From positions 45,756,001-45,820,000 of the forward strand of contig OZ024752.1 in assembly GCA_964016885.1 (NCBI GenBank): 64,000 nucleotides of DNA. The letters are read 5' to 3'. This DNA is from Eledone cirrhosa (taxonomy: Eukaryota). Shown piece after piece: positions 15,096 through 29,698 of this stretch (within the stretch, counting starts at the first letter, position 1; each line of letters starts with the position of its first letter). Below the pieces are notes generated by a model that did no database searches, had not been told where the DNA came from, and was given only the letters and a program-made list of their open reading frames with translations. Made by a program: the position numbers and the translations under genes.

Positions 15096-15590
15096 CTTGA
15101 TAGTTTCAAGTAGTAGCAGCCGATACTTGAAATTCTTAGAACTGTTTAAAATTTAATTTTCAAATATCATTAAGTTGGCGTTGAATTAGTTCGTCTGCTT
15201 TCAATGAAATAAATATTAGACGAGGTAAGAAGTAAAATAGAAAGGGAATATTTTCACAAGAGAAACAAAGAATGGTGAAATAAAAAGAATTATATAAATA
15301 TGTAGCCTTAAGCTAAGTTTGTTTTATTCATTTCAATTGAACATGTTGGTTGTTGTATTGTTGTAAATATTTATAAGAATTGAAATGGTGTAGAAAAAAG
15401 TCAATGAACTTACGTTGGTTTCTACCATAAATTTTCCCACTGATCGATCAACAAAATAGCTTGCTCGGGAAATTAACATTGTCATTTCTTCAATACTGCT
15501 AATATGAGATGTGTAGTTCAGAATAATAGTTTTTGGCTGAACATATATATGTGATGTGAAGAAATTGTTCGATTATAGAACTTGCTAAAC

Positions 15591-16020
15591 GCTTATAGGA
15601 GCTTGCTAGAAGCTAGAAGCTTGTAGGAACTTACTAGAAGATAAAATCCAGAAGCTTATAGGAGCTTGCTAGAAGCTAGAAGCTTGTAGGAACTTACTAG
15701 AAGATAAAATCCAGAAGCTTATAGGAGCTTGCTAGAAGCTAGAAGCTTGTAGGAACTTACTAGAAGATAAAATCCAGAAGCTTATAGGAGCTTGCTAGAA
15801 GCTAGAAGCTTGTAGGAACTTACTAGAAGATAAAATCCAGAAGCTTATAGGAGCTTGCTAGAAGCTAGAAGCTTGTAGGAACTTACTAGAATATAAAATC
15901 CAGAAGCTTATAGGAGCTTGCTAGAAGCTAGAAGCTTGTAGGAACTTACTAGAAGATAAAATCCAGAAGCTTATAGGAGCTTGCCAGAAGCCGGAAGCTT
16001 ATAGGAACTTACTAGAAACC
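15591..16020. repeat. 63-bp tandem repeat, about 7 copies
   Basis: GCTTGCTAGAAGCTAG recurs at 15601, 15664, 15727 and onward; copies are nearly identical. Confidence 0.95.
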
Positions 16021-16423
16021 ATAGGAAGCTTTTAGGAATTTGTTAGACCTCAGTAGGATTTGAACTCAGAGAGCAGAAAGCCTAAAAAAATACCACAAAT
16101 AATTCTAACTGATTTTCTAACGACTCTGCCACCTTGGCATCTGTTGAGTAATTTACAAACAGTTAAAAAAACTATTTCTAATCCTACTTCTGAATGTTTT
16201 ACACGTCAATAAATCTAATCAAAGTCATCAATCGTTGCAAAATTTATCACAAATGTTGTTGTTGTTGTGGTTGTTGTTGTTTAATTTTCTAATGATTTAT
16301 AACATCAGTTCAGGTTCACGACGTGGATGTTACGGGTCAATTCTATGGCCCCTGTGAAATCTGCTCTCAAGATGGCTGTAAGGTGGTCTAATGGTAGCAC
16401 CGGGGTGTATATATAAATATATA

Positions 16424-16508
<85 letters not shown>

Positions 16509-16551
16509 TATATATGTGTATGTGCGCGCATGTTTGAATATACACACAGAT

Positions 16552-16582
<31 letters not shown>

Positions 16583-16693
16583 CACACACAGATACACGCG
16601 CACACACATATATACACACAGATACATACACACATGTACATATATACACACACAGACACACACATATATGTATATATATATATATATATATGC

Positions 16694-16741
<48 letters not shown>

Positions 16742-16775
16742 GCATATATATATGATTCTATGGACATACTTTATA

Positions 16776-16837
<62 letters not shown>

Positions 16838-16975
16838 TATATAATATATATAATATATATATTATAATATATATAATATATATATTATAATATATATAAT
16901 ATATATATATAATATATATAATATATATAATATATATATATAATATATATAATATATATATAATATATATATAAT

Positions 16976-17021
<46 letters not shown>

Positions 17022-17103
17022 CACACTCACACACATATATATAATAAACACACACACATATATATATATATATATAATACACACACACACATATATATAT
17101 AAT

Positions 17104-17187
<84 letters not shown>

Positions 17188-17193
17188 CACACG

Positions 17194-17236
<43 letters not shown>

Positions 17237-17403
17237 GGCTTGCATTCAGTTTCCAATGATGTGTGAAAAGCAGACGAGAGTGAGAGGAAGATGTGCGGTG
17301 TTCAGCTGGTGGAGCCACACCACATCAACTATTGACATTTAAATATCATACCTCCTCATCTTATCTAGGATTTCTAGATTGCACAAATGTAGTACACACA
17401 CGT

Positions 17404-17447
<44 letters not shown>

Positions 17448-17449
<2 letters not shown>

Positions 17450-17509
17450 TCACGTACACAGCCACAGTTGCCTGTCTCTCTACCACACAAACCTATATAT
17501 ATATATTAT

Positions 17510-17542
<33 letters not shown>

Positions 17543-17598
17543 TATATATATATAGGTTTGTGTGGTAGAGAGACAGGCAACTGTGGCTGTGTACGTGA

Positions 17599-17600
<2 letters not shown>
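17448..17600. repeat. Fold-back palindrome: identical 46-bp arms around an AT-only spacer
   Basis: ACTCACGTACACAGCCACAGTTGCCTGTCTCTCTACCACACAAACC (17448-17493) and its reverse complement (17555-17600). Confidence 0.9.
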
Positions 17601-17649
<49 letters not shown>

Positions 17650-17652
<3 letters not shown>

Positions 17653-17851
17653 CGAAGGAAGTGTGGTAAGGAACCAGGTGGACCATAACGCACCAAAGTA
17701 CTCAATACTTGAGGTAGTAGAGTGGGTAATAGGAACAAGTAAGACCCCGACAGCTGAGCTCAAGCCGTTTCGACGGCTAATTCTGGACCAAATTAGCCGT
17801 CGAATTAGCCGTCGAAACGGCTTGAGCTCAGCTGTCGGGGTCTTACTGGTT

Positions 17852-17855
<4 letters not shown>
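17650..17855. mobile_element. Palindromic Penelope-like repeat (family B) in (TA)n, carrying the 3' half of a hammerhead
   Basis: Inverted arms contain GAAACGGCTTGAGCTCAGCTGTCGGGG. Near-identical to 20131-20327, 41622-41830 and 52423-52632. Confidence 0.7.
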
Positions 17856-17910
<55 letters not shown>

Positions 17911-17967
17911 CCACAGTAAGTAAGGTACTCAATACATTGCAGAGTATAAAAGTTTTAATATAGATTA

Positions 17968-18016
17968 GATTCTACAGGACTAGAACTGTTTCATTCTTTA
18001 AAAATCATCAGGAATC
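17968..18016 (-). ncRNA. Type I hammerhead ribozyme (family A), left arm of palindrome
   Basis: Minus strand reads GATTC CTGATGA TTTTTAAAGAAT GAAA CAG TTCTAGTC CTG TA GAATC. Confidence 0.75.
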
Positions 18017-18019
18017 ACT

Positions 18020-18068
18020 GATTCCTGATGATTTCTAAAGAATGAAACAGTTCTAATCCTGTAGAATC
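18020..18068 (+). ncRNA. Type I hammerhead ribozyme (family A), right arm of palindrome
   Basis: GATTC CTGATGA TTTCTAAAGAAT GAAA CAG TTCTAATC CTG TA GAATC; predicted cleavage after 18063. Confidence 0.8.
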
Positions 18069-18081
18069 TCATCTATATTAA

Positions 18082-18121
<40 letters not shown>

Positions 18122-18192
18122 ATACAGACACACACTCACGTTCACAACCACACAAGTTGTTTGTCTCATTTACATTCTCTCTGCCACACAAA

Positions 18193-18267
<75 letters not shown>

Positions 18268-18930
18268 ATGTATATATATATGTATATTTATATATATATA
18301 TATATATTTATATGTATACATACACTTACGTACACAACCATAAGTTGTTTGTTTCAGTTTTTCTCTCTTTCCCTTCTACCACACATAAACACATGTGTCT
18401 CTCTCAAATATATACTCACACACATATATATTTACACACATACACTCTCACACATATATATACACTCTCACACACATATACACTCTCACACACACATATA
18501 CACTCTCACACATATATACACTCTCACACACATATATATACACACACATATACACAAACATATACACTCTCACACATATATACTCTCACACACATATATA
18601 CACTCTCACACACATATACACTCTCACACACATATATATACACACACATATACACTCTCACATATACACTCTCACATATACACTCTTACAAATATACACT
18701 CTCACGCATATATATACACACACATATACACTGTCACATATACACTCTTACAAATATACACTCTCATACATATACACACACATATACACTCTAACACATA
18801 CACAGTCTCCTTTCTTCCTCTCAGCCCGTATTAAGTACGCAAAGTACAAAATTCTAACGTTTGATGTTATCAATTAACATATTTACAACTGATATTGATA
18901 AATCTAGAACTAACAGATGACCCCCTTCGT

Positions 18931-19236
18931 GAAGCCACATGGCTTATTGGTTAGAGCATTGGGCTTGCAATCGAAAGGTTGTGTGTTCAAGTCTCGGACA
19001 GGGTGATGTGTTGTTTCCTTGAACAAGACACTTTATTTCACGTTGCTCCAGTTTACTCAGCTGTAGAGGTACAGAGTAAGGTAAAATTTAAGACAAAATT
19101 TTACCTTACTCTGTACCTCTGTAACGTGAAATAAAGTGTCTTGCTCAAGGAAACAACACATCACCCTGTCCGAGAATTGAACACACAACCTTTCGATTGC
19201 AAGCCCAATGCTCTAACCACTAAGCCATGTGCCTTC
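18931..19236. mobile_element. Inverted duplication of a tRNA-derived SINE 5' half, forming a 306-bp palindrome
   Basis: Each arm has an A-box-like TGGCTTA(T/G)TGG, a B-box-like GTTCAA(G/T)TC and the SINE core CCTTGA(A/G)CAAGACACTTTATTTCACGTT. The central arms AGAGGTACAGAGTAAGGTAAAATTT are also inverted. Confidence 0.85.
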
Positions 19237-20077
19237 TTTCATGGTACTCCCTGGTTAAGTTTTTAGAGGTTGGCAAGCCTGAAACTGATTAACTAGCGTA
19301 TTTGTAATGATTTAAATTAGAAAAGTGTTAATGGGTAAGAATATTGAAGGTACAAGGTAAACCTTTAGACAATGACTAATATTCATTGAATGCCTAATTA
19401 GATGTAGGTAACTTCAACGAACTTATATTAGTGAATACAATTAAAATCTATCTTGTGTATATATGTGTATGTTTGTCACACTTGGAGAATCTCAAAAAAG
19501 AAGTGTTAGGTATGATGAAGGTTTAGACATGCTATTGAGATTGAAAGGGAACAAGAGACTATCAAATTTTGACACAGAACACGCTAGAAATAGGAGAAAA
19601 ACAAAACAAAAGAAAGAACTGGACTAGGAATCCAAAGATGAGACATCAGGAAATCTAAAGTAGAAATTCTAACTTAATTTCTATTATGCTGTTTTAGACA
19701 TTGTCATACAATCTACTGAACGGAGATTTTAAAAGCTACAACATTATAATTCCTTACTGAGTTTCCTGTATACTATAAGATACAGCACAAAGAAAAAAAA
19801 AATCTACAAAAGATTTTATTTAAAAGCTTGCAAGAGTTTTCAAAACTCATGAGAAAGAAAGATATTAATATACGTTTATGTACTCTCACGTCTTGAATAA
19901 ATGTCCCCCTCGTCCCACGATTATTAATTTTTCAGATTATACCCTCCACCCCACCCCCGCTCTCCACGCTTTTATTCAATCCTTCATCATGTTCTACTAA
20001 CATGCAAACAGCGAATAATTTTCATCAGAGACACAAAGCAATCATTTTCCATGGATGACCCCTCTTTATTGTCCAGT

Positions 20078-20130
<53 letters not shown>

Positions 20131-20134
<4 letters not shown>

Positions 20135-20324
20135 AACGAGTAGGACCCCGACGGCTGAGTTCAAGCCGTTTCGACGGCTAATTCTGGCGTCCAGAATTAG
20201 CCGCCGAAACGGCTTGAACTCAGCCGTCGGGGTCCTACTCGTTCCTATTACCCACTCTACTACCCTAAGTATTGAGTACTTTGGTGCGTTATGGTCCACC
20301 TGGTTCCTTACCACATTTCCTTCG

Positions 20325-20327
<3 letters not shown>
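20131..20327. mobile_element. Palindromic Penelope-like repeat (family B) in (TA)n
   Basis: Same sequence as 17650-17855 in the opposite orientation, flanked by (TA)n on both sides. Confidence 0.7.
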
Positions 20328-20395
<68 letters not shown>

Positions 20396-20548
20396 GGGTC
20401 TCTTGAGAAGCCGATAGCCTCACAGCTCTGGTGCACTTCTTGTTGCATTACAGCTGCAAACCTATTGGCGAAACTGCAGTCAGGACTTTGGAGAAAACAT
20501 TAGGCATATTTTGTCTATTTTCTTCTCACATTTATAATTTGATATACA

Positions 20549-20716
<168 letters not shown>

Positions 20717-20737
20717 CTAACTGGACAATAAAATATA

Positions 20738-20784
<47 letters not shown>

Positions 20785-21710
20785 AACGCAATGATCAAAA
20801 CTGTCAGTCTCATCTCATCAGTCAAGCCCTGGAAATCACTACACTTATATATGTGTGTGTGCGTGTGTGTGCCTGTGTCTGTGTATGTGCATGTGTGTAT
20901 CATGTGTGTGTCCATGTCCGTGTGTGAGTGTGTGTGTGCGTGTGTGTCCACGCCCGTGTGCGTGTGTGCGTGTTAGCGCGCGCGTGTGTGTATGTGTGTG
21001 TGCGTGTGTGCGCGCGTGTGTGTGCGTGTGGCTGTGTATGTGCAAGTGTGTATGTGTGTGTGTCCATGTCCGTGTGTGTGTGTGCGTGTGTGTGTTTTGG
21101 GATAAAAATAGAATCACCAGTAAAAGAAATGAGAGGGTTGAGGGAATGTTTCTGTGGTGGAATCAAAAAATGGTAAAAAAAAATGCTTGTTAAAAGTTGA
21201 GAGTATTGTGTATGTATGTGGCAGAATCGAGTGAGAGGAGTCAATCGATAGAGAAGCTGTGTCTGCTTTTATTTTATAAACACATACACTCACATATAGA
21301 CATATAGATATACACATAAACACACATATAGACATATAGATATACACATACACTCACATATAGACATATAGATATACACATACACTCACATATAGACATA
21401 TAGATATACACATACACACACATATAGACATATAGATATATAGATATACACATACACTCACATATATACATATAGATATACACATACACTCACATATAGA
21501 CATATAGACATATAGATATACACATACACTCACATATATACATATAGATATACACATACACTCACATATATACATATAGATATACAGATACACACACACA
21601 CATGTACATAGATATACATACACAAATATGAGAGAGGGAGAGAAAGAGAGAGAGTGAGAGAGAGAAAGAGAGAGAGAGAAAGAGAGAGAAAGAGAAAGAG
21701 AGAGAGAGGG

Positions 21711-21774
<64 letters not shown>

Positions 21775-22043
21775 ACGAATCAAAGCAAACTTTGAAAAAC
21801 ATGATAAAATAAACAATAAAATTACATGAAAAAAAAAAAAAAACTTAAAAGCAAAACAGAAAGATAATAACAAAGGAAATATAGGTGGAGGGGGTGGAAG
21901 GGGGTGAAGGAAAAAGAAGAAAAAAAAGAGACCAAACATGACAGAGAGGGAGAGCGGGCGGGGGGGGGGGGCAGAGAGAAAGCGACAGAGAGAGAAAGAG
22001 AGAGATGGGGAGAGCGAGAGAAAGCGATAGAGAGGGAGAAAGT

Positions 22044-22086
<43 letters not shown>

Positions 22087-22147
22087 GATGCTATGTAGTA
22101 GAAGAAAACAAAACGAAAAAGAATAAAGAGAAAGGTTAAAAAGATAA

Positions 22148-22180
<33 letters not shown>

Positions 22181-22399
22181 AAGAGAGAAAGCGATAGAGT
22201 AACAGAGAGAGAGAGAGAGAGAATAGGGAAAGGACTAAGAGGTGTGGTTGAAGGGAGAGGAGAGGGGAGAAGGGGGGGAGACAAAGGTAGAGAAGATGGA
22301 ATCGGTAAAAATCTGTTATTTTGAAGAATCTAATTAAAGAAGACAACAGGATCAAATATATGTGGAGAACTACAAGAGGGAAAAATATAACATTTTGTA

Positions 22400-23040
22400 C
22401 ACATACTAAACACGTACACACACACACATACATATTAAACACGTACACACACACGTACATACTAAACATATACACACACACACACGTACATACTAAACAT
22501 ATACACACACACATACTAAACATATACACATACATACTAAACATGTACACACACACGTACATACTAAACATATACACACACACGAACATACTAAACATAT
22601 ACACACTCACACACGTACATACTAAACATATACACACACACATATATACTAAACATATACACATACATACTAAACATGTACACACACACGTACATACTAA
22701 ACATATACACACACACGAACATACTAAACATATACACACACACGAACATACTAAACATATACACACACACGAACATACTAAACATATACACACACACACA
22801 CATACATACTAAACATATACACACACACGAACATACTAAACATATACACACACACACACGTACATACTAAACACGTACACACACACACATACATACTAAA
22901 CATATACACACACACATACATACTAAACACGTACAGACACACACATACATACTAAACATATACACACACACGAACATACTAAACATATACACACACACAC
23001 ACACATACATACTAAACATGTACACACACACGTACTAAAC
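22400..23040. repeat. Minisatellite CATACTAAACATATA(CA)n
   Basis: More than 20 variable-length units with fixed TACTAAAC. Confidence 0.9.
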
Positions 23041-23063
23041 GCCTATATATATATATATATATA

Positions 23064-23122
23064 TAGGAAAAGGTATGACCCCGACAGCAGAGCTCAAGCC
23101 GTTTGGACGGCTATTTCTGGAC
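23064..23122. mobile_element. Single-arm degenerate fragment of family B
   Basis: GACCCCGACAGCAGAGCTCAAGCCGTTTGGACGGCTATTTCTGGAC after (TA)n. Another fragment lies at about 25532-25583. Confidence 0.6.
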
Positions 23123-23381
23123 TATGCATATATATATGTATATATATGCATATATATGCATATATATGCATATATATGCATATATATATGTATATATATG
23201 CATATATATGCATATATATGCATATATATATGTATATATATGCATATATATGTATATATATGCATATATATGCATATATATGCATATATATGCATATATA
23301 TGCATATATAAACATAAACGGATATACATACATACACACGGACATATCAACAGGCATATATAGCAAGATAGAGACACACAC

Positions 23382-23433
<52 letters not shown>

Positions 23434-23696
23434 GTGTATATATGTACAAACACACGCACGAGCCCACACATACAGACACACGCACACACATGCATACAGG
23501 GAAACTCCATGTATGCACACATTCCTATGTAAAGGTCAGAAACTAAACCGTTATGTGTAACACACAATTCTGTGGTCCACAGTGAAAGACAGATCAGCTA
23601 AAGTGGCTCTGTTGTGTTGAAAGTCAGCCAATACAAATTTCCTCTGAGTAAAACTGAACAGAATATATAATTTCACTTATAAACCAACCTAATCCC

Positions 23697-24148
23697 ACCC
23701 AGGGCCTTGTTACTCCTGTTGGTGGAACTCCTCCCTGGTTGACCTCCATCACTTCTGGTTTTGGTCAAGTCAGGGATGTAACCACACTCACGTACTCACC
23801 ACACCACGTTTGACCAATTGCGGGTTGGTGAAGCTATTTATTTTACCTCCAGGGCCTTCTCATGCTTGTTGAGGGAACCCCTCCCGACTTGACCTCCATC
23901 ACTTCTGGTTTTGGTCAAGTCAGGGGTGTAACCACACTCACGTACTCACCACACCACGTTTGACCAATTGCGGGTTGGTGAAGCTATTTATTTTACCTCC
24001 AGGGCCTTCTCATGCTTGTTGAGGGAACCCCTCCCGACTTGACCTCCATCACTTCTGGTTTTGGTCAAGTCAGGGATGTAACCACACTCATGTACTCACC
24101 ACACCACGTTTGACCAATTGCGGGTTGGTGACGCCATTTATTTAACCT
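23697..24148. repeat. 150-bp tandem repeat of complex sequence, 3 copies
   Basis: AGGGCCTT at 23701, 23851 and 24001; copies are highly similar. Confidence 0.95.
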
Positions 24149-24697
24149 ATAGTTGTGGTAGTTGGCCGTTGTCTCAGTATTGGATTGGTACTTTATTTAT
24201 CGGCTCGAAAAGATGAAAGATAAAATTGACCTTGGGAAAAGTTGACCACAGAGCGCAATAAGCTGGAACAAATAGCGAGACATTTTTAGTCCGATGCCCT
24301 AATTACCCGGTCAATTATTTATCTATTTATTTTATATTTAGCAAATGTTATTTTGTTTTCTGTTATACATAAACATATGTCAACTATATTTTACAAACAG
24401 AAGTTATACTGTAGAATACGATTTGCAGGAGATGTTGCTGCTATTTCTAGCAAGTCAAGCAATCATATAGAGGCTTGTAAGATATTTTGATGTATTACCC
24501 ATTGGTTTGTAACATTTGTAGATTGTATATGGATATAAAGATGATCGATATACACACATATATATATTCATACACACACACACATATATATATATATAAA
24601 CATATGCACACATATACACACACATATATATACATACACACGCACACATACACACACATACACAGATAGATGGATAGATAGATAGATAGATAGATAT

Positions 24698-24790
<93 letters not shown>

Positions 24791-25230
24791 CAAATAGATA
24801 TATAGATATATATAAAACAGAGTAATTTTACCCAGAATTCCCATGACTCATTCTGTTTACATGATTGTAACAAATTCAACGTCCAGTTTTAATAATAGAT
24901 GCGGTTATAATAACTTCACAATTTGAAAAAGAATTCCGCATTGATTTGTTAGGTTTTGTCGATAAATACAAAGATTTAGTCTTGGTGAGTCAGTTAAATA
25001 CGTTATTTCTTCGATTCTTGATATCTTGCCAATATCATGGCATTGTGTTCGGGATTCCATTCCTTCTGATTTTTCCTATTTATTATGAAAAAAAAAAAAG
25101 TTTACGCATCGAATTTCTGTGTTCAATGAAAATACATCGTAGGAAATCAGATTTTAGTTGTTTTTTTTCCTCCTTTTTTTTTAACGAAATCTTTTTGCTG
25201 ACACCACATAAGCCACAGTTAATCTTCGGT

Positions 25231-25328
<98 letters not shown>

Positions 25329-25391
25329 CTAAAGACATTTTTTCCAATTCCAACCCGCCCGTCCCCTCAATCTATCTTATTTCTCATTCTT

Positions 25392-25427
25392 TCTTCTGGT
25401 GAAGGACTAGCATCCGAAATGTTAAGA
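25392..25427 (+). ncRNA. Degenerate minimal hammerhead (family C) within a repeat at about 25322-25520
   Basis: TCTT CTGGTGA AGGACTAGCATCC GAAA TGTT AAGA. Homologous to the intact copy at 35902-35937, with A6G and stem III mutations. Confidence 0.6.
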
Positions 25428-27329
25428 CCGTCTTCCTGCTATATCAAGCGTTAACCTTATATATCCCTTCCATATACTGTACCGATTGTGTTGTTATTTC
25501 TGTTTACCTTTTACATACATACATATATATATAGGATAAGAATCAGGACCCCGACGGCTGAGCTCCGGCCGTTTCGACAGCTAGATGGGGTTTGAACTCA
25601 GACCGTAAAGCATGGGGTCTAACCCTCTACCGATACTGCCAATCCACCAATGATAATATGATAATAATAATAATAATAATAAGAAGAAGAAGACTTTGAA
25701 TAGATGAAAGGCAAAGTTGAACTCAGAGAGAAGAGACCCGAAACGTATGCTGCCAACTATTCTACCCAACGTTCCAATAACTATCCAATTATCCACTTTG
25801 GCCTTGTACCTACACTATAGTTAGAAATCAATATTAAATATCTCACAAGTTTCCTTTATGTATTTATTTATGTGAAATGAGAAACTTCCAGTAATAGGCG
25901 AACTTTCCAAATCATTTAACAAATGTTCCTTACATTGATGCTACGTTAACATAACGTTCGGGTATTCGGAGAGAACTGTTTCGTTGCTTCAGATCATGAA
26001 CAGAGGAAGATAACAAAGAGAAAGATATTCTAATCATGTCTTTATATATTCACATTGATTTCGTAATAAATTCGATAACTTTAGATTGCCAGTGTGACTA
26101 ATATGAAAGATAAGGATGGAAACACTACAAATAGCAATTTAAGTTAAGCGGAAATCCTGAAGTATTTCATCATTGGTGCGTTTACCAAAGGGAATTGTAC
26201 TAAACCCTTGGTACGAGATTACTAAGGATTAGCTTAGTGACATGAGCAACAGAACATAAAAGGTAACTCCGTGTGTGTCTGTGTGTGTGAGTGAGTGAGT
26301 GAGTATGTGTGTGTGTGTGTGTGTGTGTGCGTGAGTGAGTGAGTATGTGTGTGTGAGCATATGTGTCTGTGTGTGAGAGTCTATCGGTGTGCGTAGGAAA
26401 GTGGCTGTGGGTTGTGTCTCTGAGTGTATCTATGGACATATGTAGATGTGTGTGTGTGTGTGACAGAGTGTATGCGTGTGTGTCTGTGTGTATGAGAGAG
26501 AGAGAGTATGCGTGTGGTATGTGATAAGACAGGTATTTTTTCTGCACTGAGTTCATCCTGTAGATTGACATAACTCCACGGGTTATTTCTGTTCTAGTAA
26601 TCTCCCTCTATCCAGTCAGCTTATCTAAAACGTAACTAATTGAATACTTCATTGCACTCATTAAACCTTTCTAGGACCTGTCACGTGTTTAGTTTTTTAC
26701 ATGTTTAGTTTTTTTACGTGTTTAGCTTTTTTACGTGTTCCGTTTTTTTTTGTGGTTTCCCTTTTTTTAAAAAATATTTCACTACTTTTTGTTTACCCTA
26801 GCATGGCCGGATCATAGCAAAGTGGTCAAAAGGTTGGCGTTTTAATGATTAGGGACCAAGATCAATCCCATTGTGTGGCGTCTTGTGTATGTGCCAGGCC
26901 CTGTTATGGTCTCGGGTCGGCCTATCACTTGTGAGGTGAAAGGAAATTATTTGAAAGTACGTCAGATGGACAATAGCTGTAATTCAGATGACCAGCTTTG
27001 TCACACATATACACATATTGTACAATGCTGAATCTTCCTGAGAATTATGTTAAGGGTATTACGTATCTATGCAATACTCGCCAATGAATATATTTATGAA
27101 TACCAGGTCTATTTCTAATCCTCGTATAATTTCGACCATTTGTATTCGCGATCGTATTCTTTCGCTCATTACCTAAGATTTATAACCATAGGCAAGGCTT
27201 GCTACGAATACCGAAATGAAGTTAGCGAATTTGGCTTTAACACCTACCGCCTTTCTTCTGGTTACTAAATACTGAAACTGGCGCATTACTGCACCAGGTC
27301 CTGCAATTCTTGTATTTAAATGTTATATT

Positions 27330-27520
27330 GTGGATTGGCAGTATCGGTAGAGGGTCGGACGCCATGCTTTGACGCATAGAGTTACGGCCCTTGCCATTCT
27401 GAGTTCAAATAATTCCGCCGAGGTTAACTTTGCCTTTCATCCTTACGGGGGTCGATAAAATAAAGTACCAGTAATGTACTGGGATAATTGCTGGCCTTGT
27501 GCCAAAAGTAGAAACAATTA
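27330..27520 (+). mobile_element. tRNA-derived SINE (major family)
   Basis: Head TGGCAGTATCGG, B-box GAGTTCAAAT, body AACTTTGCCTTTCATCCTTACGGGGTCGATAAAATAAAGTACCAG, tail GGCCTTGTGCCAAAAGTAGAAAC. More than 12 copies or fragments in the window. Confidence 0.9.
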
Positions 27521-28089
27521 TATTTAATACTTCGTGGTTGTTTCTAATTAAACTGTAAAATCTCCACAGGATCAGCTAGTTATAGATTATAGATCGTTTT
27601 TATTTTTTATTTCTCAGGACAGATAAAATGGAGCATCACTTGACTAAATGTTACACAGTATTTACATATTTCTCAAAATGTTCAGAGTTTAGTTTCAGTT
27701 CCATCAGAGTTCAACTTTCCTTCCCACCACAACTTTATTCGATAAAATAATATCATTAGTAACATGAAGAGATTCAATTGATTGTTCTAAATATTATGGC
27801 TCATTTCCAACACCATAAATCACCATCTTTAATATTTAAACAGTGCCATTTAAATTCAACAACAACTGGCAGAACATTTGTATAAATCCTTTAACTAAAG
27901 GGTGTTACTTCAAGATATAGATAGTTTCGTATGTATCCTCATTAAACAGAACTGTCCGAGATCTGCCAAACTAAAGCATGGCTGATAGTTTGGTATTCAG
28001 AAACGCGTGCACAGATACACACACACATTCACACAGAGGCACACACGCACTCACACGATTACTTACATACACACACAAACACACACATG

Positions 28090-28173
<84 letters not shown>

Positions 28174-28234
28174 GTATATACAAACATGCATACTTACTTA
28201 TAGATCTCTCTCTCTCTCTCTCTTTCTCTCTCTT

Positions 28235-28279
<45 letters not shown>

Positions 28280-29108
28280 TTATATTTACTCATAATGGTG
28301 AGAGATGGGGAGAGCAAGAGAGATGGAGGCGATGACAGTGAGAGTTCGGCTCCTCTGTTTTCGGACCTGGTGTCCAACAAATTGTAAAAAAAAAATACTC
28401 TTTACAAAACGCATAGTTAAAATACTAGCTAGCTTCTATACAAATAACATCTCTTTCAAAAGAGAAGATTGTGTGAATTATAGTGTTACTATGTTACTAT
28501 ACAAAAAAAAAGCAAAAAAAAAAAGCTGTGATTATCAGTGAAATATAAATAGAGGTAGGGGGGGAATAAAAACCATATTTCTAACAATCAACTTAACAAA
28601 CACTTTGACAATGTATATTGTTGACAAAGTGGTGTATAGCTGGCCTGGAAACTTTCTGAATATTTATAGAAGTATTTCATTCTCTTTATACTCTACAATA
28701 TATTTATAAATAAGTGATAAATTGTTCACAATCAGTTCAGATCAGCGTAGATAAAAGACGGTACTTCATCCAACTAATATAATATCACAGCCTTTATTTT
28801 TTATTTTTTATTTTTTATTATTTTTTTATTTTCTATTCTTCTTGTTTCATTTTTCGCTTTTTTCGGGAGGATTCGGGTGGGGTTTTTTTTTTTTACTGTC
28901 GGTATATACTTTTAATTTGATTAATTTACCGTGGTATGAAGTTAAAAAGACATAGGAATAACATTAGTAATTATGTATAAGTGACTCAGACATTATCATC
29001 CAACAACTTAACGGAGACATTTTATGGACAAAGTCATCGTAAGTATGACAAAACAAAACAACAATATTTTATATAAATACATCAATTGATGTAAATGATT
29101 AAATGACT

Positions 29109-29189
<81 letters not shown>

Positions 29190-29190
29190 G

Positions 29191-29235
<45 letters not shown>

Positions 29236-29255
29236 GCATATATATATATATATGC

Positions 29256-29483
<228 letters not shown>

Positions 29484-29577
29484 GTATATATATATATGCA
29501 TATATATAAATATATGTATATATATATATATGCATATATATATATATTTATATATATATATATAAATATATACATAC

Positions 29578-29698
<121 letters not shown>

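Noticed and set aside
15591-16020. Possible CRISPR-like arrays (also 54515-55100, 59385-59648, 30866-31222)
   Set aside because: Head-to-tail repeats with no unique spacers, no cas genes and a eukaryotic context.
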